This document shows, piece after piece, positions 27,268 through 39,019 of a DNA stretch of 64,000 nucleotides (its first letter is position 1; each line of letters starts with the position of its first letter). The notes beneath the pieces are model-generated. The model saw only the letters and a program-made list of their open reading frames with translations, did no database searches and was not told where the DNA came from. A program made the position numbers and the translations under genes. Source of the stretch: Antedon mediterranea (Eukaryota > Animalia > Echinodermata); assembly GCF_964355755.1 (NCBI RefSeq), contig NC_092677.1, forward strand, positions 16,080,101-16,144,100, written 5' to 3'.

Positions 27268-29228
27268 GGAGCTGTTGATGCGGCTTGTTAATAATAATAA
27301 ATAATTGACCCACTATCCTTGCAGAAGTACACCTGCTGCCATGTATTAAAATTGAATTAATTTATGGCTGGAACCGAAAGATGTGCGACTCCTTTGACCA
27401 AATAATTTTTATAATAATTTTACCAGTGCCAGCAAAAAGTTTGCGCAAAAAGTATGTAAAACTCAGCTAATGAAACTATCTCTTTAATTGGGGTTACTAC
27501 ACTTCATACAATCTTGATATTAAATTCCATCTGTGAACCAATTTAAACGACTTACGGAATGAAGTTATTAATACCAGCACTAAAAACGTAACTCACTGGA
27601 TAAAGATAATTTACCGCTGATGTAGAAGCACAGGTGATATGTAAATGATACTTCTGTTCGAATGTTTTATAGTTCATATGATATAGAAATATTATTCAAC
27701 TTTGATCGTTAAGTGAGGGCACTCTTTGTGGAAGGTGAGTAGTGCAGGAGTCGCATCGTTAAAATTTCATTATTTAATATTTTATTGTTCCAAATGTTTG
27801 GTTTTAAAGTTTATATGATGTTGAGATAGTGTACAATGTTGATCGGTAAATGTATATTAATTTGTTTTGCCAGTATACAATTAGATGGTTACTCCGATGA
27901 ACATCAACGCATGCAGCTTACAATATATTCAAGTCAAACCAATTGCATTTTTTTTTATAAGAGTAAGATACAGTAGATTTGTCACGTTTCCAATAATATT
28001 TTATCTGTATTTTACAACATAATATGCATGATGTGGTGATAACATATGTCACAAAAGTTTTAAAAAACTAATAATGTAAAAGAATAATGTTGATATGATT
28101 TACTGTATTTTATTACAATTTTACAAACAAACAATTTTATTGTTATCATCAAAACACGTTACAACATGTATTTAAATTCTAACGAGACCCAAGAAATGTG
28201 GAAAAATTATAGTGTATTATAAAAACGGATTTTTATTTGAGTGTTTTTTTTTTTTTAGTTTTAGCAATTCAGTGATTAGTACCAACAGATGTTGTCTTTG
28301 AATGGGTGGCCATTAATATCAGTATTTGCTTACAAATGGTGTCAACAATAACATCTTTATTTAAATTAATTGTAATAAATTTTGAATGATACAATTCAAT
28401 ACCTTTATAATAAATTTAATCTCACCCACATAGGTTTATTTAATTTTGGGTTCAAATTCATAATTAATATCAAATAAGATAAAAAAAAATAAAGAATAGC
28501 AAATATTGTTATGATATTAGTGGAGTTGATGGTTGATAGTTGCCTTCCATCCAATCCCAAGCATGATCATGTAAAAAATTGAAATATATGTATGTACTGT
28601 ATACAATGTATTACATTGTACATTATACAAAAGTCTTGAAATAAATTATGTTTCATACTAAATAACAGCAGAATTTCAAATGTAATTTCAACATCTCTAT
28701 GTTTTATATTACAATTATGCGTAATGTTGCGACGGAATGATCAATATTATGAAAAAGAATTATATTAACGATATAACCATCATATTTTTGCACCTTTTCC
28801 AACACATTTTAAAATCTTTGCCTGGAAATGTAGGTCATGTGACTGCAGTTCCTGGTGATTACCTCATTAAAAGATTATATAAAGTATAATTTAGTTGCAC
28901 GCTTGACCGCACACAGTAAGGATGCAAATAGAAAGTGTAAATTATTGTTGCATTCACCAACTCCCTGCATTCACACTGTAATTATTTTCAAATTTTTGCA
29001 GCTAATTTTTTTGAAGCTGCAAAAATGAAATGAGTTAAAAATTTCCTTAAAGTAGTTCAATTGCATTTTTACTGTATCAGCATAATCTGTAATGATAACA
29101 TAAATGAGCAAAAACAACTTTTCAACTTAAATTTATAACTTTTCACTTAAAAAGTTTAAAACGAGTCTACCACTTAATTAAAATACCTGTATAGCCTACA
29201 GTACTGTTTACACTTCTGTTGGGATAGC

Positions 29229-29580
29229 TAGTTAGTTAGTTCATTTTTATACTGGGTGACCTCTTCAGTCAAAGACTGATCTCCCAGAGGGCTCAGTTGG
29301 TGATCAGTGGCTGTGATGTACTAATACACCGGGGTAACCCCCTACTCGTCTCGAAAGATGTACTAGATTCTTTAAAGTGCACACGAGCTAGTTGTGTACA
29401 CTGGACCATAGAGATATTATAGTGAACCTCTATGACTGGACCTACGGTTTATAGTCCTTATCCGAGAAGACTCGTTCTACCACCAGAACCATAGAGTGAG
29501 TGAGCCTCGAACCCTTGCCGATGTTATGGCTACGTAATTGCGGTTCCACTGTCTTAACCGCTCGGCCACTCACTCACTCG
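29229..29580 (-). mobile_element. tRNA-derived SINE with Deu/Nin-like central domain, copy 2
   Basis: Intact A box GTGGCCGAGCGGTTAAG and B box GGTTCGAGGC on the minus strand. Collinear with 3470-3824 except for a 35-bp insertion. (AACT)n tail. Confidence 0.88.
29407..29434. mobile_element. 28-bp CATAGAG...CTCTATG insertion with a perfect 7-bp TSD
   Basis: ACTGGAC|CATAGAGATATTATAGTGAACCTCTATG|ACTGGAC. The paralogous SINE has a single ACTGGAC (3682-3688), i.e. the empty site. Confidence 0.85.
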
Positions 29581-29584
29581 AGTT

Positions 29585-29758
29585 ACTTAAGGGACATCCA
29601 TATTAAAGTGAAAACTTTCTTTTGAAAAAAAAAAATGAGGAATATTATTATTTCATCAACACTGCTCAAGCCTACTGTATTCAGGGGACACCCCTATTGT
29701 AAATACACTTTATTCTGGTCCTGATAGGGCCTCCTTAATTGGGATGGGTTCTACTCTG
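29585..29758. mobile_element. Fragment of the Tigger/pogo-like MITE family
   Basis: Shares TATTCAGGGGACACCCTATT...GGTTCTACT with 37434-37684. Confidence 0.5.
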
Positions 29759-30777
29759 TGTATTGGCTTACCTATATTAACTTGTGTAAAATACATACTG
29801 TAGTTTACACACATAACTTTTCATACTTTCATAGCTTTTTTGAAATAAGAAAAAAATGTAATTTTGTCATTCAATTATAGCTGTGCAATATAAATGTCAG
29901 AAACAGTTAAACTCTGAGGAGCTGTTAAAGAATAATATACAGTACAGTAAAACATTTATGAAACAGTTGGTTCATAGAAACAAAATCTCCTTAAAAAATG
30001 GAAATTAGTTTACAAAATGTTAATTTGAATTTATTTGTACTGTAATGCTTTCTAGTTTTTAGCATTCATTCTGGACAACATATGATGGTTATTTAATGGT
30101 GTTTTAGGCCTATTTGATTACTTTTCCATACACTTTCTTTTAGCCATTTGTAATTTGAATTGGTAAACGGCAACATACTGTAATGTTGCAGATAATTATA
30201 ATTTGATTTCCATTTATCAAAATATTGTTTTGACTATTTGATATTTTGTTGTGAAAAAATGTTGTAAAATCTCCCAGGCTGTTACGATTAGTATGGTATG
30301 AAAAACAAATACCATACAGCAAGTTTATCCCAATACCGGACAACAATATCTTTTCTTTTAAAACCTAGATTTTTAAATGAATTAACAAATTGTAAAAAAA
30401 ATATATATTATACATGATCAAACACCAGAATAATGTCAGGATAGATAAATTATATTGTGCTTATTAAAGTCTCATTTTAAAGGAGTGAAGTAAAAACAAA
30501 TAACCCTGCACAGAGTTAAGATTGAACCCTGGACCTTGGAAAACATGCATGGAAACTACAAAGATACAACTCCAATAGTAAAAATTATTTTGGACCTCTT
30601 GGAACCTTTTGGTTTTCGGTAAATTGACAGAGATGACTGTATCAAGTTTTTGTTCATGACGCTTCCATAAACACTGTAAAGTGATTTTTTGAAGCCAAAA
30701 CTCTGCATTGATGTATACCATAGTTCAAAATTTACTGTTAGAATTAGTCTAACAAAATGGACTAGCCTTAGTATAGG

Positions 30778-30805
30778 CCTAGAGAGTTCAGTATTTATCT
30801 CTATG
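30778..30805 (-). mobile_element. 28-bp hairpin insertion related to 29407-29434
   Basis: Reverse complement CATAGAGATAAATACTGAACTCTCTAGG closely resembles CATAGAGATATTATAGTGAACCTCTATG. Flanks GTATAGG / GTCATAG are a degenerate TSD at best. Confidence 0.55.
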
Positions 30806-32252
30806 GTCATAGCAAAATCAACTAGCCCAATTCAGTTATATTAGTTAGAGAAAAACAAACATACAGACCTGTTATGCATGTTGTTTGTTTACTCCATTGG
30901 AAAGTAAGTGAATGTTATCTCTTCCTGAACATTGCCCTATTTTAACCAATAAACTTTACTTTAAAAGTGAATCACTGTATGATTAATATATTTGTGAGAG
31001 ATGTAATCCCCTGATACCCTTAGTTCATCCAAGTTCATTATTTTCACGCCTCATTATGATTCCTGTTATTAATTATCATTAACTCCCTAGATATCTTTAC
31101 AGGACTCCATTTATAGAAAGATAGATACTGTAGATAATTAATGTTTGCTGTGTACTTGTGCTATCACAACTTCCATTCCATTTTGATGTCATTAGAAACG
31201 GATCCTATGACTGTGACTCCTAGATTAGAATGTTTTGACTTTTTAATTTATTAAATTGAAAGTTAACCAGCCTAGATCTGTTGGGGCCAGTGGCAGTATT
31301 CACCATTGACGACTTAGAGAAACTCTTAGGCCTACTGGTAACATTATTGGAAATTATTGGAAGTCTTAATAAAAGCGTGATTGGTGAATTTTTTCACAAA
31401 TCTAAAAACTATTAGTTTTACTATCGTCATCAGAAATGAAACATACTATTCTACTATTTCTGTGCTAGTATTGTAACTAATAAAACCTTATTATTGTATT
31501 GTTAACAACCTATAAAGAGAAATATGGTCGGTTTTATATGTTGAATTGAATATCGTTTTGGCTTATCTACAGTATAGTACAAAACCTGTTACAGTTGCTG
31601 TTATATTAGTAACGGTACACTACTGTATTTGAAAGCCCTACAACTACTGTATAGGCCTTGGGAGTCATTGGTTTCAATTCCTATTTATTTCTTACAGTAC
31701 AAACCAAATATACCTGTAGTTCACTACAAGCACAATAGTACCAAAGAAAACTATACTGTACCTTGTGTACACTTAATTTTCTGTCTTGCATTTCTACATT
31801 GTACCACTATAGAGATATCTAAAACTGCCCCAAGTATGTTTATAATCAGTTAATTAATAGTTGTCTCCAGAGAGAAAATTGTTAGTGCAGTAGATAGATG
31901 TTTGTAAACAGACAGTTTTGTAAAATTGTCTTCTATTTTAAACCCATATGAAAATAAATTTAAAAATTTGTGAGCGAAAAGCGAACCCTTCTGCTTGATA
32001 TGCCGACATATTATATGCACTGGGGCTTTCATGGTATAGTTTAAATAATATTGGATTGCGACTAGTTCTCAATAGTACGTACTCTCCACAGGGATAAAAT
32101 TGATACTCGCCCCCCCCCCCCTTATTCTAGGTTAATTCACACGGTAGGTTCTCTGAAAACATAATGAAAATTAATTTATTCAATGTTAGGAAGATGAGGA
32201 AATCTGTGAGATAACCGTAGATATTATTGCATATTAATAACAGTTTGATTTT

Positions 32253-32309
32253 ATCTGTACAGAACTAGTGTAATTATATTATATATAATTACACTAGTTC
32301 TGTACAGAT
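32253..32309. repeat. Perfect inverted repeat, 27-bp arms with a 3-nt loop
   Basis: ATCTGTACAGAACTAGTGTAATTATAT-TAT-ATATAATTACACTAGTTCTGTACAGAT. Confidence 0.95.
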
Positions 32310-34314
32310 TATTCATATGCTATATTATGATTTTTTAGTATAATTATATGAAGTTAGTTTTACAGTTACAGTATAATTAATATAACTAAATTGAATTATT
32401 CATTCATAGTAAATTAGTTTTATGATTTTGCATAGTTTCTTTTGGCCGTGACATTTAGTTGATTAATTTGAATCAATTGTTTCCTTCACCAATATAAGGC
32501 TAATCTGAGCCTTAAGGTTCCATTCTACCTGATTTACTTCATTTAAGGTATTGAGCGAGCCATTAGAAATCAATATGTGTTACTACCATACCACAGAGCT
32601 TCATCGAAAACAACTCAAGCTTGAAGGGTCCGTAAACCTGAAGCGCAAACCTCCATTCATCTCAAAAACCTTAATCATAATCTTATTACACGCACCCTCT
32701 GTGTTTATTATCTTTGATTGCAATTTGTTCATTCAATGATAACAGTTAAGCAGAAAGGAAAATATCGGAGCCTTCTTACAGATAATTTACTATACAGCTA
32801 CAAATATTTAGTTTAGAAGAACAAATGAAGCCTGAAAAGCTAAGTCGATTTAACAGTGGGACAAGTTCAGGACCGTTTACCTGAACAGTACTAACTACAT
32901 CAGCCTAGAGGTAGAATTAGTTGGTACTACAAGTTTTAAGCACGCTCTATTGAATAGTAGGGTAATCTAGATTAGGTATTATTTTTACAACTGTGTATAT
33001 TATTGTTATTATAGCTTTGAAAATGCTTCATAATCATAAATTAGTTTTTGTATTTGTACAAATGATAAATAATACTTATGGTGTCAAAATGTCATTGTCA
33101 ATCAGTTCTTTTGATCACTGTGTAAATGGTGATTTAATTTCCTGAATGATTGTAAAATTGAAATGGTACCTTGTGTGATAAACTGGCATTCCTTCTGTCA
33201 ACCAGCATCAATTGCATACTACCATTGGTGAAAGAACACTTTTGGGAAGTTTTGTTTAGAGACCTGTAGGCCTACAGAATTTTTCAAATCAACATTGGAA
33301 TGCAAATTGGAAACTTTATCATCTTAACATATTTACAGTAGGTGGGGCAAAACCAACCATTTAAAGCTTCAAAATGTTCAATGGTAATCATTTTTAATTT
33401 ATGCAAATTAACCCACCTCCTGGTGTCCGGTTTTGGTAAAGTTTGGATAGTTAGATTTTCAGTTCCACCTCCATGGTCTGTCTACCAAATAAAAGAAAAA
33501 ACAAATTGGTTGTATTTTCTTCTAACTTTTTACTTTTAATAGACTAATTTAGGAGACCTATAATACTGTAGAATTGTATACAAAAAATATGAAAATTTAT
33601 AGATTGCATACTTAATCTAAATTTAGGAAGATGATAGGAAATTAGAAGTGACTAACTAAGTGATGATGAACTTAGAAGTCCACTGGGGAAAAGCATACCG
33701 GTGCGCATATGGTTGTCGTAACGCGATGATGGAACATTTTCATGTCAACTTTTCGATAGCACTGCCAAGCACTGTATGAATTTTACTTATTAAAATAGAG
33801 GTGCGGCTGAACTGAAGGAAATTAAAAGTCTCTGCTTTGAATCAAACTATATTATGCAATAATTAATGCCAATTCATTTTGAAGATTATTATGTACAGTG
33901 ATGCATATGTTGCAGACTTTACCAATGTAAAAATTAGTAAAATTGTAGATAAATCAATCCTGTCTTTTGAAATTTATATGAAAATGTTTCAGGCTTACAT
34001 AGGCCTATAAATCCTACAAAATCATATGATCCAATGTAGGCCTATATGATGCAACTTTGGACTATTGTCAGATCATAATTGATTCAAAATAAATCTTGTT
34101 TGGAGTGAATTTTAAATACCTGTATTGACAAACTTTTGGTATAAACCTTTAGACTTTATAAACAAATACTGTATCTGTAGTTTTCTTTAATTAACCATGG
34201 GGAAATTCAATTACTACCAGTGCTGATTTATAGCCAGGCCTACTTAATATTTGTCTGGAGGCCTGGGTCAGCTGCACTTTAAGCCCAGTACTTGAGATGT
34301 GGGGTAATAGCCAG

Positions 34315-34745
34315 CACAGTAGAATAGAAACACATAGTGGCTGCTGATTACCATAAGTTGAATTAATTATGCAAATTAAAATTAGATTGTATTTTTTGTT
34401 CTTGATTACCTGGTTAAAGTAGGGTTAAACAAGAATATAAAGTAGAACAGTTTAGGAAAATAAATAGTGGTTGATTACCATATTAAGTCGAATAAATTAT
34501 GCAAAATAAAACTACTTGAACACTTCTATTGGATTAAGTAGGGTTAAACCAGTTATACAGTAGAATATTTTGACTGGTTTAATACAAACCATATTAAGTT
34601 GGTCAATCTAATACAAAAAAAAAGTAAAAGTACTTGAAAGTTTCAGTTAAGAATACTGTCTATAGGCCAGCTGTACTTTTAGTTTCTGAGTGTTGTACAT
34701 ACACACTTCTATTGGATTACCTTGTTAAGTGGGGTTAAACAAGCA
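34315..34745. repeat. Diverged direct repeats (3 partial units)
   Basis: AAGTAGGGTTAAAC recurs at about 34417, 34536 and 34726 (last as AAGTGGGGTTAAAC), with GATTACCATA..AAGT.GAAT.AATTATGCAAA and CACTTCTATTGGATTA blocks. Confidence 0.7.
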
Positions 34746-35844
34746 GATAATGAGGCACTTCAAAACTCTTCAAGTTTGATAACACCTCTTTTCATTTAAT
34801 TCACAGGTTTGATAGTAATCAATATATTCACAGAGTTAATACTTTGGTATTGTTTAGTACAAAGTATTCTTTTTGTGGATATCCTGTAGTTTTTACTGCC
34901 GTCAATACCAATAACACATAGAATATGGGTGCGCTTATGTCTGGGATTTTATCTTTTATTGATACTAGATTGGTCTATCAGTAGAGTAATCAGTATGGTA
35001 ACTAATGTTTTGTTGTAGGTACATGGTGACGAATTGGTTATAAACATGCCTTTGTTCAATAATTAAAAGATATATAGTATAAAAGGAAATTATTACTGAA
35101 AAAAATTAACAATGCTTTGGGTATCAGTGGCTGGATCTCAATGGATAATAAGCAAAAATCTAAATAAAAATAAAAAAAGTATTAATGGTTAGAAAAAAAG
35201 TTAAATGTTTTAGAAAACACTACTCCTTTTCCAGTGCTAATTAGAGTGATTGGGAGTAATTACTTAAGAATTTAACTTAAGACAGAAGCTGTCCGAGTGG
35301 ATTGCAATAAAAGAAAAGTAGAATAGAACAAAGAGTGGGAAAAATAAGAATATAAAGAAAGTTATTGTTATAAACAAGGTGGAAGAAAAATTTGCCTCAC
35401 ACAGGACATTCCGACACATTGATGTACATTTCCCCATGTTTTTACATACCTCTTCTGTTTACGGGACACTTTATTTGATCTCCTAAATGCGGCCACTTAA
35501 ATAGAAGTTCTACTGTACTGCCACTGCTGCCCTTTTTGTTATGCTTTTTTTCTTTGTAACAAATTAAAATGTATTCTTGAGGAAAACTCCTTCTCTATGT
35601 CCAGTCTCCACTATTACTAGTATTTCCACATCAAGCTTTTCTTTTTTCTTACTCAGGTGATGGTCAAACACCTTGACCGAAAAGTTTAAACACTTTCCTA
35701 AATTCTTTTATTACAACTTTATGTTCTGTAGTGTAAACATTTGTTTATAAATAATAGTCAATGTTTGTTGTCATTCTGGCGCCTTTCTTGTGGAATGCAG
35801 ATTACTTTATTGCTAGGTTTTGCTCAAACAATAAATTTGTCTAA

Positions 35845-36076
35845 AGCCTTGTTCACACTGGACTTGTTAAACGATAAGACTATGGGTACTTTTGACCATT
35901 GTTCGCACTTGGATTATTCAGATAGTTAGTTTTACCATGGTTTTTAAGATTTAATAGCACCATTTGAATTAATAGCATGGTCGAAAATCGTTGATTATAA
36001 TTGTATCCAGTTTTTTAACCTACTTTTAGGATTAATTTATCGATTTGATTAAATTAAATACAGTATGATCAAGGCT
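35845..36076. mobile_element. PIF/Harbinger-like MITE, 232 bp
   Basis: TAA|AGCCTTGTTCACACTG...CAGTATGATCAAGGCT|TAA: 16-bp TIR with 2 mismatches and a TAA TSD. Confidence 0.7.
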
Positions 36077-37433
36077 TAACTTTATTATTTATTTAAATCT
36101 ACTTTTGAAGATCTTACAGTTAAACGGTATGTTATTTCTGAGAATGTTCTGTTTCGTGTGTTTGCTTAAAAAAATGGTGTGGACATTTTTTGCATTTCTA
36201 ATTAACTGCACTTTGTGTGTAAACACAAAGAAGTGTGCGTGATTGACCTAACTTCTTGATATGTACTTTATTTGTTGCTTCAATTACTGTTGTATATTGA
36301 ATAAAGTATAAACAAGTCATAAAATTGTCCTGGCTTGTTTGGTCAGAATTAAGAATGTTATTAAACTACTGTTTATGAATAGTTGAAAAGTTCTAATAAA
36401 GTTATCTCAATAAAATTAACATTTTAATTTATAATTGTATTTATAAAATTGAATGTGAAAATTCCCATTTAAGTAATTAATATTGACAGTACAAATGTTT
36501 TAGACAATTTTACAGGCGGATCCAGGATTTTGAAACAGGAGAGCCCTAAAATTCCTAAAAGTGGTTATAGGAAATTTCTTTTAAATTTGAATTGTAAATT
36601 AAAAAGATTTAGAAACAGTTTTGAGCCTCATGACTTTTTTTAAAGCAATAGTTGTATTCTGTTTCAAAATTATGAAAATGTTATTTAATTTATCATCAAA
36701 ATTACATGAATGTAATTGTTAGTCTAATGATCATTATTTTGAAAAATAATAGTGAAATATTACAATTTAAAAATAAAAACAAGAGTAAAGCCCCTAATTA
36801 AAAATACCTGTTGTGATGTATTTGAGGAACATAATTATGGGGTTAATTTAAATTTATTATTGTTTTAAAAAATATACTGTGTTATTAAAATAAATCTACA
36901 GTACAGTAAATTATCATCTTCATATCTCTTTGAATATTTACTTTTGTGAACGTAATTTCAAAATATCTAATTGCTTTCAGACCGTCTTTCAAATTAAGAA
37001 AAGATAAATACTATAAAACGGTTTTTAATTGCTAATAGTATTTTTTTTTATTCTTCCCAATAGGAAGGTTATGAATCTATATAATAACGGTTTCAATTTG
37101 CTATCTGACTGAGCAGTTTCATTAGTTTTAAACTACTTCTTACAGAGGCAATTCCCTTGTGTATCACATCATTACCTTTTTAATTGGAATATAGGAAGTG
37201 TAAAATTACATTTAAATTGAGTTGTTGCAGTGATGATAGCCAACTGAATGCTTATGGTACTTTATGGTCACCTGTATTTTTGTATGTAAATACCAAAGTT
37301 AAATTAATTCAGGTTCTGTGAATATTTGGAAGTGGGAATTTTAAAAACAGATTCATTTCATTTTTCATTTTTGGGCTGCATGGTACGCATATATCAATAA
37401 TTGGGGAGGCATTTAGCCCTAGATTTTGGAATA

Positions 37434-37684
37434 CAGTAGAACTGCTCCCTTTGAGGCGAAACACCCGGGGCATTTTTATTAAGCAAATGAAAAGAAATAT
37501 ACATGTTTTTTAACACAATTTATAAAGCCAGCCCTTATTCAGGGGACACTTCTATTAAGGGTGCACTTTGTTGTTGAGTGAATTAGGGCATTAAACACTA
37601 AAGCTAACCCCCATTCAGTGGACACCCTATTAAGGAGAAATATTGTTGAGTCCTTAAGGTGTCCCCTAAATAGGGGTTCTGCTG
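37434..37684. mobile_element. Tc1/mariner (Tigger/pogo-like) MITE
   Basis: TA|CAGTAGAAC...GGTTCTGCTG|TA with internal repeated TTCAG(G/T)GGACAC motifs. Related copies at 38868-39019, about 35400-35515 and 29585-29758. Confidence 0.7.
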
Positions 37685-38238
37685 TATATGGTAGAAATAT
37701 TATTCATTCAGTCTTCATTTTTGATGTGCATTCATAGCAAATATTACACAAATATACGCAAAGAAGAAAAAATCATATTAAAGGCAAAGAGGAAACATTA
37801 TCTCCAACCATTTACCGTAAATGTGTATTTGATAGTATTGCAAGGTCATTTGACAAAGCAATACTTATCTTTAGTATTTCTATGAAATTATAAATTGTAT
37901 ATTAAACTTAGTACAGATTGTCATTTCCAAACATTTTAGAGCAGTATAGTACAGAGAATTCTTATTTCTAACTTATTTGTGAATTAGATTCTTAATGGTA
38001 TTGATACTGACACTAATTAGGGCTTCTAATCAAAGACTCATTTAATGATTGTTGACGTTAATTAGGCCTTTTGTAGATGCCAGGTTGAATATGATTGACC
38101 CTTAGCCAATGTTCAGTAGGTTTCTTAATTGTGGTTACAGTAATGGATGTTATGATAGAATGTTACTCTAAAAAAATCAAATAAGATACAGGGCTAGTTA
38201 TCTTTTACATGGAACTACTTGGTTAGGTCATATCAAAC

Positions 38239-38268
38239 CATGAACCTATAAATTAGAATAGGTCCATG
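38239..38268. mobile_element. 30-bp CATG...CATG hairpin insertion (P-like footprint candidate)
   Basis: CATGAACCTAT-AAATTAGA-ATAGGTCCATG has 11-bp arms with 1 mismatch. Flanks ATCAAAC / GTTCAAC match at only 4 of 7. Confidence 0.4.
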
Positions 38269-38644
38269 GTTCAACAGTAATTTACCAGTTATTCACTTTC
38301 AAAACCAGATTCATTTTCTTATATATAATATATATTTTATTCATAGAATTCTATATAAGATTTCAAATTGAAGGGCTGGAAATTAGAAATAATCTGACCA
38401 CGGTCACAAAGGAATTGTCATTTAAATTGGGTGGACGATCAGAACTACTTTATTAATAACAAATCTGATCAAGAACTAAAATAATACTCGCAATAGTATT
38501 TTGCATGCTACTGTACTCTACCTATAATGTAATGCAGAAAAAAAGAGGTAGTTTGAACTAAAATAATTTAATGGGTCAATGTTTTGCCCTACTCTGATGT
38601 AATTTGTACTTCATACTAAGTACATTTGAGAATACTAAGTCATT

Positions 38645-38747
38645 CTCGAGTGAGACTGGAACCCACGACTTCCAGATCACTAGCCTGGCGTTCATACCTC
38701 AACTCCCTGTTGCAAAGCTACTCCACAGTAGTTTAATACAATTACAA
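38645..38747 (-). mobile_element. Copy of the 12730-12923 B-box repeat family
   Basis: GTGAGACTGGAACCCACGACTTCCAGATCACTAGCCTGGC...GCAAAGCTACTCCACAGTAGTT is the reverse complement of about 12745-12838. Confidence 0.7.
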
Positions 38748-38867
38748 CTAACATAATACTAACAATATTATTTTGCATGCTACTGTACCTATACAAAAAA
38801 GTATAGGGCCTACATTTTTGGGGAGAAATTGCTAAAAGCACGTCAAGTTTATAGTAGGCTTACTATG

Positions 38868-39019
38868 CAGTAGAACCCCTCATGTGGCACACCTATTCAA
38901 GGGACACTTTCCTATGAAACAAATGAGGATAAAGATATGTTTTAAAAAGACAGTTAAACCTATTCAGGGAACACCCCTCTATTACGGTCCTGAAGGTCCC
39001 TTCCATACAGGTTCTAATG
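38868..39019. mobile_element. Tigger/pogo-like MITE, shorter copy
   Basis: CAGTAGAACCCCT...CTATTCAAGGGACAC...CTATTCAGGGAACAC...AGGTTCTAATG. Confidence 0.6.
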
